From Oligoflexia bacterium (GTDB taxonomy: Bacteria > Bdellovibrionota > UBA1018), in the NCBI GenBank assembly GCA_023700925.1, contig JAMPXZ010000003.1:1-42066 (forward strand): a stretch of 42,066 bases of DNA. Direction: 5' to 3'. The notes below the pieces were generated by a model. That model was not told the DNA's origin. It saw only the letters and a list, made by a program, of their open reading frames with translations, and did not search any database. Every line of letters starts with the position of its first letter. Position 1 is the first letter of the stretch. The translations under genes and the position numbers were made by a program. This document shows positions 34,654 to 42,066 of this stretch, piece by piece.

Positions 34654-36142
34654 TCCGATCTGGGCCATGCCCGCGGTTTTTCTCGCGGTTCTTCTCCTGC
34701 ACGGCGGGCTGATCGGCCTGACCGACGACGAAGCGTACTACTGGGTTCTCGCCCAGAACCCCTCGCTCGGCTATGCGTACCATCCGCCCGGCGTGGCCTG
34801 GCTCATCGCCGCTTCAGAGGCGCTCCTCGGCTGGGCGTTCGGCGCGCACTCCGAGGCGCTCGTGCGGTTGCCGGGGCTCCTTTGCATGGCGCTGACGCTC
34901 GGGCTCGGGATGAAATGGATGGAGCTGGCGGGCGCCCCGCGGGAGCGCTTGGGCCGTGGCGCCTGGGTTTGCCTCTCTTTCGCCGGGGTTTTCGCGCTTT
35001 CGTGGATGATGGTGCCGGACCTTCCGCTTTTTCTCGGCTGGACCGCGCTTTTCGTCTCGGTTTGGTATTTTTCCTTCGTTCGTGCCGCCGGCTGGCTCGG
35101 GCCCCTGATGGCGCTCGCGATGGCGCTCACGGTGCTGTCGAAGTATTCGGGCGTGCTGGCGTGGGCGTCGGCGGTGGCCTGTCTTTTCGCCTGGGCCCCC
35201 AAGGCGCGGCGCTGGCGGGCGATCGGGTGGGTGAGCGCGGGGCTTCTCGTAGGAGTGCTGCCCACGCTGATCTGGAATGCTCGGCACGAGTGGAGCTCGA
35301 TTCTCTGGCAGCTCCGCGATCGCCACGGGCACGCGGAGCTCTCGTGGGGTCGCTACGCGCGCTTCTGGTCGGTTGAGCTTTTCGCCACGGGACCTGCCGC
35401 CGTGGTGTTCGCGGGCGCGCTGCTCTACCGGGCGTTTCGAAAGGGCGCGGAAGGCCGGGTCTATCGTTTCGTGGCGCTGTGGATGCTCCCGGCCGCGGCG
35501 GTCTTCTGCGTGCAGCCGCTTTGGGCCGAGTTCAAGCCGCACTGGGCGTTCATCGTGTGGTGGCCCGCCGTGCTGGTTCTCGGGTGGGAGTGGGCCTCGG
35601 GCGCTCGCGGCGCCTCGCGCTGGGCGCTGGGTCAGGCGATCTATGGGACGGTTCTCGGCGCGGTGGTCCTCGTGAGCTGCCATCTGCCGCTCGGCAGCTG
35701 GGCGCTGGAACGGTTCGTGGGGCGCGAGTTCGATCCGCGTATGGACGTGACCAACGATCTGTATGGCTGGGACGAGCTCGAGGGTTTCATCGCGGAACGC
35801 TTCGGGGCGGCGACTCTGGCAATGCCGGTGGTCGGCGCGCGCTACCAGACGGCCTCGCAGGCGGCGTTCGCGCTGCGTTCGCATCGCCGCGCCACGCTTC
35901 TTCCCTTGGATCTCAAGGCGCGCGATGAGTGGCCGGACCTGGGCGTGTCGGCCGGACTGGGGCCCGATTGGCCGAAGCTCACGCGGCCGGTGCTTTTCGT
36001 GACGGACAATCGTTATGATGGCGCGCCGGGATTCCCCGAGGCGGCATGCCAGAAGCTCGGGCGTCTGGAAAAGAGGAGGCTCCGCTATCCGGCTAAGTGG
36101 ATCGAGGTCTGGAAGTGCGAGCCTGCAGCCGCGCAGCCTTGA
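34622..36142 (+). CDS. GT39/ArnT-like lipid-linked glycosyltransferase
   Basis: DDEAYYW, YAYHPP, PDLP, LSKY, WNARH and many TM segments. Start uncertain. Confidence 0.85.
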   Translation: MSKLSRSWSINPIWAMPAVFLAVLLLHGGLIGLTDDEAYYWVLAQNPSLGYAYHPPGVAWLIAASEALLGWAFGAHSEALVRLPGLLCMALTLGLGMKWMELAGAPRERLGRGAWVCLSFAGVFALSWMMVPDLPLFLGWTALFVSVWYFSFVRAAGWLGPLMALAMALTVLSKYSGVLAWASAVACLFAWAPKARRWRAIGWVSAGLLVGVLPTLIWNARHEWSSILWQLRDRHGHAELSWGRYARFWSVELFATGPAAVVFAGALLYRAFRKGAEGRVYRFVALWMLPAAAVFCVQPLWAEFKPHWAFIVWWPAVLVLGWEWASGARGASRWALGQAIYGTVLGAVVLVSCHLPLGSWALERFVGREFDPRMDVTNDLYGWDELEGFIAERFGAATLAMPVVGARYQTASQAAFALRSHRRATLLPLDLKARDEWPDLGVSAGLGPDWPKLTRPVLFVTDNRYDGAPGFPEAACQKLGRLEKRRLRYPAKWIEVWKCEPAAAQP

Positions 36143-36494
36143 GCCAGCCGAGGAACTCCTCGTCGAGCTCGCTCGCGCTCGCGATGAGCACCCGGTGCGT
36201 GATCCATTTCGGGCTGCCGGTGACGGGGCGAAGCCTTTCGGATTTGGCGAACGCTTTTGCAAGGCCGAGGCGGATTTCCAGGCCTTTTTGAGTGATTCGG
36301 ATCGCCCCCATGGTCGCTCGGGCTCCGTCCGGATAGCCGATGGCGATCGCGCCTTTGACGGGGAAGAAGTCCACGCCGGGAACGGCGCTCGAGCGCGCCA
36401 GCAGGCGACGGTACAAGGTGAGCCATTTCGCTTTTCTTCCGGAGAAGAGCGCGGCGAGAGCGTTCGTTTGCGAGGCGGTCAGTAGCTTACTCAC
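36093..36494 (-). CDS. Hypothetical protein (DUF5655-like)
   Basis: I.LGL, RL, THRV.I, ELD.E...WL..A pattern. Confidence 0.65.
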   Translation of the reverse strand: MSKLLTASQTNALAALFSGRKAKWLTLYRRLLARSSAVPGVDFFPVKGAIAIGYPDGARATMGAIRITQKGLEIRLGLAKAFAKSERLRPVTGSPKWITHRVLIASASELDEEFLGWLKAARLQARTSRPRST

Positions 36495-36539
36495 GGTTGC
36501 GTTCCGCGTTCCATTTTAGCACCCACAGCCCCGAGCGTG

Positions 36540-37580
36540 TCACGGATAATTCGGAAGTCGCTCTTCGGTCTTGGCGGGTACGACCTGAACCAGGTCCGTC
36601 CGGACCCAGGCGGTCTTCGAGTCGGCGATGACCTTGAACCAGCGGTCGTTCCAGTCGGCGACGATCAGCCGCTGCCCGGGCTCCGCATAACCGATGGTGG
36701 GGTAGAGGGAGCCTGGTCCGGAATGCATGTCCACGCTTTTGCCTTTGCTTTGGACGACGAGAAGCGAGGGCAGGGCGTCGTTCGCGGACTGCGTGGGTGC
36801 TTCGCCCTGTTTCTGTGACGGCGCTGCGGCCGGGTCCCCGGCGGCGGGCTCACGCATCGGCGCCATGGCGTTGTGCCGGACCTGGTCGCTCATCTCGGAG
36901 GCGAGCGACGGGGCGGCGACCACCTCGCTCAGGCGCGAGGAGGCGGGGCGGATGTTGGATTCTGCCGGGGCGATCGCGTTCGCGGCGACCGAGGTCGCGC
37001 GATCCCAGAGGGCGCGGCCCTGGAGGTACAGGTAGATGCCCGAGGCGATCGTGGCTACCGCGGCAAGACTGATCGCGACCGAAAGCGTCTTCGCCCGCAC
37101 GGAGCGGGCGGGTGTTACCGGAAGCTCGGGCAGCGGCGACGGCAAAGGCGGCACGGCCTGCTGCGAGCCGGGCAGAGGCAGGTGGGGCGCGGTCATCTGG
37201 GGCGGCAGCGGGGGCATCGCGAGGTTGGGCATCGCGAGGTTGGGCATCGCGAGGTTGGGCATCGCGAGGTTGGGCGAATGCGCGGGGTTCTGCGTTGTCG
37301 TCGCTGGGCGGATCACGGGCCTTTGCTGGGCGTTCTGGCGAAGTCGCGCGAGATTCTGCGCGGCATCCTCGCTGAGCATCGAGACGGGATCTTCCGTCCC
37401 TTCGGGCAGAATGATGTGTTCACCCGCGGGCGCGCGATCCACCTTCACGAGGTTGACCTCCGCTCGGCGGATGAGCGCGAAACCCCCGCATTTGTAACAG
37501 CGGGAGAAGGACCATCCGGCCCCGAGTTTATCGTCCGAAACAGCAAGGCTAATGCCGCAATGAGGACAGTTCCAGCGCAT
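36540..37580 (-). CDS. Zinc-ribbon / Pro-rich / TM / SH3b protein
   Basis: CPHC and CYKC N-terminal finger, Pro-rich linker, one TM, C-terminal HSGPG..YP.IG, WFKV, AWV SH3b pattern; GGAG SD. Confidence 0.82.
   Translation of the reverse strand: MRWNCPHCGISLAVSDDKLGAGWSFSRCYKCGGFALIRRAEVNLVKVDRAPAGEHIILPEGTEDPVSMLSEDAAQNLARLRQNAQQRPVIRPATTTQNPAHSPNLAMPNLAMPNLAMPNLAMPPLPPQMTAPHLPLPGSQQAVPPLPSPLPELPVTPARSVRAKTLSVAISLAAVATIASGIYLYLQGRALWDRATSVAANAIAPAESNIRPASSRLSEVVAAPSLASEMSDQVRHNAMAPMREPAAGDPAAAPSQKQGEAPTQSANDALPSLLVVQSKGKSVDMHSGPGSLYPTIGYAEPGQRLIVADWNDRWFKVIADSKTAWVRTDLVQVVPAKTEERLPNYP
37212..37275. repeat. 15-bp perfect tandem repeat, 4 copies plus partial, encoding (PNLAM)4
   Basis: GGGCATCGCGAGGTT x4 followed by GGGC. 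Confidence 0.95.
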
Positions 37581-37743
37581 GGTACAGGTCTCCTATGATC
37601 AGGTTCACAAGCGCGGGGGGCGCCGTCAATGGGCAGGAATTGCTGGGCTTTGCTGGGCAGGATGTGCCGGTTGAAATGGAGGCCGGTTGCCAGTAGCCTA
37701 TTCCATGAGTCTTACAGTCATAACCTTGTCTAAGGAGCTGGCG

Positions 37744-38505
37744 ATGAAATCGATACTGGGCATTTTCCTGTCTCTCTCAATGGCGGCCTTTGCTCAGGCG
37801 GCCGAAGCCGAGAAGCCGCAGATCATCGATGTGCAGGCAAAATCAGGACAAGTCGTGGAGCTGCACCGGGGCAAGCCCTTCGTGCTCAAGTTTCCGAAGC
37901 AATTCGCCAACCAGCTCGTTGACGTCAAGGCCAGCAGCTACCCGGTCATGATCCTGCGCTCCGAGATTCCCAAGGATGCCTTTCTTCCCAATTATTTTTC
38001 CTGCATCGGTTACCAGGCGGCGATCGATCCCAAGGATCCCGAAATCGTCATTTCCAATGGAAATCCTGCCGATGACAGCGGCATCAGCTTTTCCTGGCAT
38101 CAGCTGGATCGCAAGGGGCAGGTGAAGACGAAACTCGTTCCACGAGGCATCGACTCCGCCAGTGAGACGGAGCTCTACCTTACGGTCTCGTTGCAGAAGA
38201 AGTCGAAACAGATTCGTTACGATCTTTACGAATCCATGAGGAAGGACGAGCGCCGAGCCCAAATCGGCTGGCGTTCGGATATCAAGATCCATGAAGGCGG
38301 AAAGAGCCGGGAAAACGACATGCGTTGCACGGTTCCCGAATTTTCCGTGCGGGTGAGACTCGTGGACGCCGAGAGCGTTCGCGCCGCCGGAGACAGCGCG
38401 GTCACTCAGGCGCGGGAAAAGACGCTGCCGCCCGCGGAGGGTGTCCGGGAGAGTGTCCCGGCAACGGGTTCTGTCGGGGAGCCTGCTGTCGGCGCGGCTC
38501 AGTGA
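37744..38505 (+). CDS. Hypothetical secreted protein
   Basis: AAGGAG SD; signal MKSILGIFLSLSMAAFAQA; lower GC than the flanking core genes. Confidence 0.75.
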   Translation: MKSILGIFLSLSMAAFAQAAEAEKPQIIDVQAKSGQVVELHRGKPFVLKFPKQFANQLVDVKASSYPVMILRSEIPKDAFLPNYFSCIGYQAAIDPKDPEIVISNGNPADDSGISFSWHQLDRKGQVKTKLVPRGIDSASETELYLTVSLQKKSKQIRYDLYESMRKDERRAQIGWRSDIKIHEGGKSRENDMRCTVPEFSVRVRLVDAESVRAAGDSAVTQAREKTLPPAEGVRESVPATGSVGEPAVGAAQ

Positions 38506-39062
38506 GGGCGGTCGGATATTTCGGAGCGCTCGTGGTCGGCGCTTCTGACTTGAAACTTTTCGCCTAAGCAGGTGGCATCCTGCCATTTGGGCCAGTAACC
38601 GTATTGCCCGCAGGACGACAGAAGTCCGTCAGGCGAAAACGCAAAGCAGTAGTATTGGTGTGACGCCGGTTCCGAAATGGAACTCAGCTCCAAGCACTTT
38701 TGGGTCAATTCCTCGAATGGGTCTCCGGACTCCGGCTTCCTGACACTCTTGTGTTGCTTGCTGTCGACCCACTCCTCCGAGGAGATCAGTTTTCCCCGCT
38801 GATACAAGTGCGCGCTTCCATGAGCGGCGCCTTCCAAAGGATGATAGGAGGACTCAAGGATGAAGCTCTTGCTGCTCGACTTCAGGTAACGCCAAACGGA
38901 GGTTGAGTCCTGGATTCTCCTCTGCGCGATCTTCAAGCAAGAGCTTGTTTTGCAATGCAATGACGTCGGTTCGATCCTCTCCGGGTTCCTTAGGTCATGA
39001 TAAAGGGCGCACCCAGGCAAGAGGATCAATGAAAAGAGAGATGCGATCTTTGCCGGCTTCAT
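38499..39062 (-). CDS. Hypothetical Cys-rich lipoprotein
   Basis: MKPAKIASLFSLILLPGC lipobox; six further Cys; atypical lower-GC codons. Confidence 0.6.
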   Translation of the reverse strand: MKPAKIASLFSLILLPGCALYHDLRNPERIEPTSLHCKTSSCLKIAQRRIQDSTSVWRYLKSSSKSFILESSYHPLEGAAHGSAHLYQRGKLISSEEWVDSKQHKSVRKPESGDPFEELTQKCLELSSISEPASHQYYCFAFSPDGLLSSCGQYGYWPKWQDATCLGEKFQVRSADHERSEISDRPH

Positions 39063-39131
39063 GAGCCTTAGCCTGCCAGCGGGAGCGACCCGTGTCCACT
39101 ACGCACTTATCCCGGATGCTATCTTCAGTAA

Positions 39132-39542
39132 TCAGGGCTCTTCAGTACAGTCGCGACCGCCGGTCGTCGTGGCCGAGCTGTTGTCGCAGATCATGAAATC
39201 AGTGGCCAGAGTCTTTCGATCTTTACGGTCTCGAATCGTGAGCTCCTGCACGAAGCTGAGCTGGGTGATCTCGCGGCAGGAGTTTTCGGTGAAAAGGTGA
39301 AGGACTTTTCGCTCGCCAGCGGAGATGACCTCCACCTGCGCGGAATCGCCTGCCGAATCCCAGAGCTCCAGGTCGGCAAGCCTGATGAGTGAGGAATATT
39401 CCTTGCCATGGACGGAGGCGACCCGTCCCCCTGCCTTGATTCGGATGGTTCCTGCCGCGTTGGAGCAGTCAAAGGAATAACTGCCGGCCAGCGCCGCGGA
39501 AGAGATTAAGAGAATGGCTCCAGATAGTGCCGCGATTTTCAT
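39132..39542 (-). CDS. Hypothetical small secreted protein
   Basis: Signal MKIAALSGAILLISSAALA; four Cys. Confidence 0.6.
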   Translation of the reverse strand: MKIAALSGAILLISSAALAGSYSFDCSNAAGTIRIKAGGRVASVHGKEYSSLIRLADLELWDSAGDSAQVEVISAGERKVLHLFTENSCREITQLSFVQELTIRDRKDRKTLATDFMICDNSSATTTGGRDCTEEP

Positions 39543-39577
39543 GCGGCGGGCATTTGCAGGGAGCGTGCCCGGTCGTT

Positions 39578-40010
39578 TCAATGAGGAATCTGTCTCGGAG
39601 TGACGGGCGACGCTGTAAAACTTTTTGACAGTCGTAGGAAGTCTAGTGCGAGTTTTGTGTTAGCGCGAGGGCGGTGTCGCCTTGCCTTGGCCCACGTCAA
39701 TAAGGTCATAGGCGTTCCAGTTTTGATGAAGCCGACTTCCAGCAGGTCTTTGAGGAGCGTGACTCGGACTTGAAGCCTAATCGTGGCATCGGGGGAGAGC
39801 GTTCCGGCGCTGATCCAGCAAAACGCTAGACGTCGAATTTCATGCCTTTCCTTGAACTGCGCGCCAGCGGAATCGAGTAGCCATTTTGCGTTCACCGAGT
39901 AAGGCAGATCGATCAGAAGAGCTTGGAGCACTTGCTGCGTGGCTTTGGGCGTTTCTGGATATGGCAGGCCGGCCCCGGGCAGACCCTTCGTGGCTGATCG
40001 CCTCGGGCCC
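39578..40010 (-). pseudogene. Possible gene fragment abutting the IS30 remnant
   Basis: Open frame from about 40010 to 39578 without a convincing start or SD; lower GC; no recognisable motif. Confidence 0.25.
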
Positions 40011-40013
40011 TAA

Positions 40014-40208
40014 GCCCTGGTTCGCCACTTCCTTCCAAAGAAAACCAGCTTCTCCAGTCTCTCTCAGTCACGCCTGAACAGGATCGAAGACCTGCTCAAT
40101 CATCGCCCAAGAAAATGTCTCGGATATTTGACTCCTTGGGAGGTTCATTTTAAGAAGCCTCCCAAGATCTCCAATATCTCAGCGTTGCACTTGTCATCTA
40201 AATCCGCC
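40014..40208 (+). mobile_element. IS30-family remnant (transposase C-terminus and right end)
   Basis: Translates to ALVRHFLPKKTSFSSLSQSRLNRIEDLLNHRPRKCLGYLTPWEVHF, the IS30 LN.RPRK.LG..TP.E signature, and ends in GTTGCACTTG..AATCCGCC like IS30-family right ends. Not in the ORF track. Confidence 0.85.
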
Positions 40209-40256
40209 CTTAATAATATGCTTGTAATACCATTGCCCCGATGATATTCGAAGAAC

Positions 40257-40871
40257 GTGAGCCGCAAAAGACAAGAACATCAACTCACGCTTCCCGGACT
40301 GACAAAACGAACGCGTATCCTCGCGCACGGGGGCGACCTCACTCAGGGCAAGCGCAAAACGGCGCGCCCCTTTGACCGCAAGCAGGCGCTTCACGTGGTG
40401 CTGCGCTCGAGCAAGGCCCGCGGCGAGCGCTCATTGCTGCATCCCCGGCACTGCAATCACGTCCGCGCGCTCACTGAGCGGCTTGCGAAACGCTGGGGAA
40501 TCGCGGTGTATCGCTACGCGAACGTGGGGAATCACCTGCACCTGCTTGTCCGCGCGCGGTCCCGCGCCGCCTGGCAGGGCTTTATCCGTGAGCTCTCCGG
40601 CGGAATCGCGATGCTCGTGACGGGCGCACGCAAAGGCCAGGGGCTGCCGCGTGAAAAGGCGGAGCTGCCGCGCGGGTTCTGGGATCATCTGGTTTTCAGC
40701 CGAATCGTGTCGTACGGTCGCGATTTCGCGGGCGTCGCCAGGTATGTTTGCACGAACCTTTGGGAAGGCGCGGGGGTTCCGGTGAGAAAATACCTCGCGC
40801 GTGGGTACCGGGTTCTGGAGATCTCGGAAGATGGAGCGTTTCTGCTTGAGCAGCGCGCGGGGCCGGCTTAG
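40257..40871 (+). CDS. RAYT-like HUH (Y1) transposase
   Basis: HVVLRS, NVGNHLHLLV (HUH), FW...FSRIV, RYV..N (catalytic Tyr). Confidence 0.85.
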   Translation: MSRKRQEHQLTLPGLTKRTRILAHGGDLTQGKRKTARPFDRKQALHVVLRSSKARGERSLLHPRHCNHVRALTERLAKRWGIAVYRYANVGNHLHLLVRARSRAAWQGFIRELSGGIAMLVTGARKGQGLPREKAELPRGFWDHLVFSRIVSYGRDFAGVARYVCTNLWEGAGVPVRKYLARGYRVLEISEDGAFLLEQRAGPA

Positions 40872-41944
40872 CCGTCACTTTTCATTGGCTGCAAAGGAGC
40901 GGGGACGGAGATACGGGGTGCCGCAGCGGGTGGTGTCTTGGCAGGAACGGCTGAAGAGGAGGCCGCGGCGACGGGCGCAGGAGCGGCCGGGATAGAAGCC
41001 GTTGGCGGGGCTTGAGTCGCGACTGTGGAAGCAGGCGCGGTAGCGGCGGCGGCAGTCTCAGTAGTGGCGGCGGGAGCAGTAGGCGTAGCAGCACCGCTGG
41101 CGGCAGCCGTAGCAGAACCTGCGGCAGGCGGACTAGCACTAAGCGGACTAGCACCACCAGCCTCAGCGGCAGGCGCGCGGTGCGCGGCGTTGTCGGGGAA
41201 GGGGATGAAATCCACTTGCGGCTCCAGGATGCGGATGACGACGCGGCGGTTCTGGGCGAGGGCGTACTCGTCGAGCGTGCCGGCGGGCGTGCGATTCTGG
41301 ACGAGGGGACGCGTGTCACCGTAGCCGATCGCGGTGAGGCGGTCGGAGTGGAAGTTCTTGGCGAGGAACATTCGCACCACCCGCGCCGCGCGGGCGCCGG
41401 AGAGCTCCCAGTTTGAGGGGAAGGTGCCACCGAGGATGGGTCGACTGTCGGTGTGGCCTTCGACGACGATGCGGTACGCCTTCTTCTCGGCGGTCTGGCG
41501 GCTGAAGATCGAATCGATCAGGCGCTCGAGGACCACGCGCCCCTGGGGCCGGACGTCAGCGCTCAGGGTGTCGAAGAAGACTGTCGATTGAAATGCGACG
41601 GTGACGCCGAGGGCGTCCGAGAGCACGGTGGCTTCCTTGTCGATGCCGTTCTCGTTGAGCACGGCGGTGAGGAACTTGCCGAGCTCGGTCGTCGCGGGAC
41701 CGTTGTACTCGATGCCGAAGGACTTGGCCATCGCCTCCTTGACCTTCTCGAACTTGTTGTCGTCGAGCTTGGCCATGCTGAAGAGCATGATGAAAAAGCC
41801 GCAAAGCAGCGTCATCATGTCAGCATAGGAGATTAGCCAGTTCCCCTCGTCATGCGCCTCGGGGCCGTGCTTGGGCTCCTCCTTGGAGCGCCGGTGCTGC
41901 TCCTCGATGCGCTTCGCTTCTTTGAGGAACTTCCTTACGGACAT
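40868..41944 (-). CDS. motB: Flagellar stator protein MotB with Ala/Pro/Thr tail
   Basis: WLISYADMMTLL, VEGHTDS, FPSNWELSGARAARV, IGYGDTRP, NRRVVI. Confidence 0.93.
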   Translation of the reverse strand: MSVRKFLKEAKRIEEQHRRSKEEPKHGPEAHDEGNWLISYADMMTLLCGFFIMLFSMAKLDDNKFEKVKEAMAKSFGIEYNGPATTELGKFLTAVLNENGIDKEATVLSDALGVTVAFQSTVFFDTLSADVRPQGRVVLERLIDSIFSRQTAEKKAYRIVVEGHTDSRPILGGTFPSNWELSGARAARVVRMFLAKNFHSDRLTAIGYGDTRPLVQNRTPAGTLDEYALAQNRRVVIRILEPQVDFIPFPDNAAHRAPAAEAGGASPLSASPPAAGSATAAASGAATPTAPAATTETAAAATAPASTVATQAPPTASIPAAPAPVAAASSSAVPAKTPPAAAPRISVPAPLQPMKSDG

Positions 41945-41956
41945 CCCGGGTTACCT

Positions 41957-42066
41957 CTAGGCGGCCTTGTTCTTGACGACGCGATCCTTCGGCAAGAGAT
42001 ACGAGTTCAGTCCCTCGCGCAGCGAGATCGGGTTCACCTGTGACTTGAGCATGATGGCGCCCTCGA
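41957..42066 (-). CDS. motA: Flagellar stator protein MotA, C-terminal fragment
   Basis: EGAIMLKSQVNPISLREGLNSYLLPKDRVVKNKAA*, typical of the MotA/PomA C-terminus, 12 bp upstream of motB. Confidence 0.8.
   Translation of the reverse strand, partial: EGAIMLKSQVNPISLREGLNSYLLPKDRVVKNKAA

Noticed and set aside
37212-37275. CRISPR array
   Set aside because: Contiguous 15-bp units without spacers, in frame within a CDS; no cas genes.
40135-40166. REP hairpin CTTGGGAGG..CCTCCCAAG near the RAYT
   Set aside because: Lies within the IS30 coding remnant and has no second copy in the window.

Overview
GC-rich bacterial chromosome segment whose gene set points to a predatory Bdellovibrionota-like (or other deltaproteobacteria-type) host. 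This is inferred from the RomR-like regulator, three short flagellins, a deltaproteobacterial-type 6S RNA and a RAYT-type HUH transposase. Recognisable genes: nadC (partial), birA, romR, 6S RNA, an RmlD-like SDR, three tandem fliC, a GNAT, a PilZ membrane protein, tadA, a TldD/TldE pair, ampG, a PAP2 phosphatase, an amidase, a beta-barrel OMP, a KimA-like transporter, a DMT, trmFO, xerC, dedA, an MpaA-like peptidase, an RlmD-like methyltransferase, a GT39, motB and the end of motA. Best candidate for an undescribed system (8.0-13.2 kb): a second, non-flagellar MotB/MotA (ZorB/ZorA-like) ion-motor pair in reversed gene order. Its B subunit carries a ~350-aa coiled coil before the OmpA-like domain. 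It is followed by a small RAMA-like gene, faces a divergent FHA-like/TM/ankyrin gene and has sigma28-like promoters. Non-coding signals: duplicated flagellin leaders with four ANGGA (CsrA-type) sites plus a conserved 4-codon mini-ORF, a ~400-nt hairpin-rich spacer, a 123-bp MITE-like element and an IS30 remnant. No CRISPR array, tRNA or rRNA was seen. All family calls come from motif recognition, not database searches.
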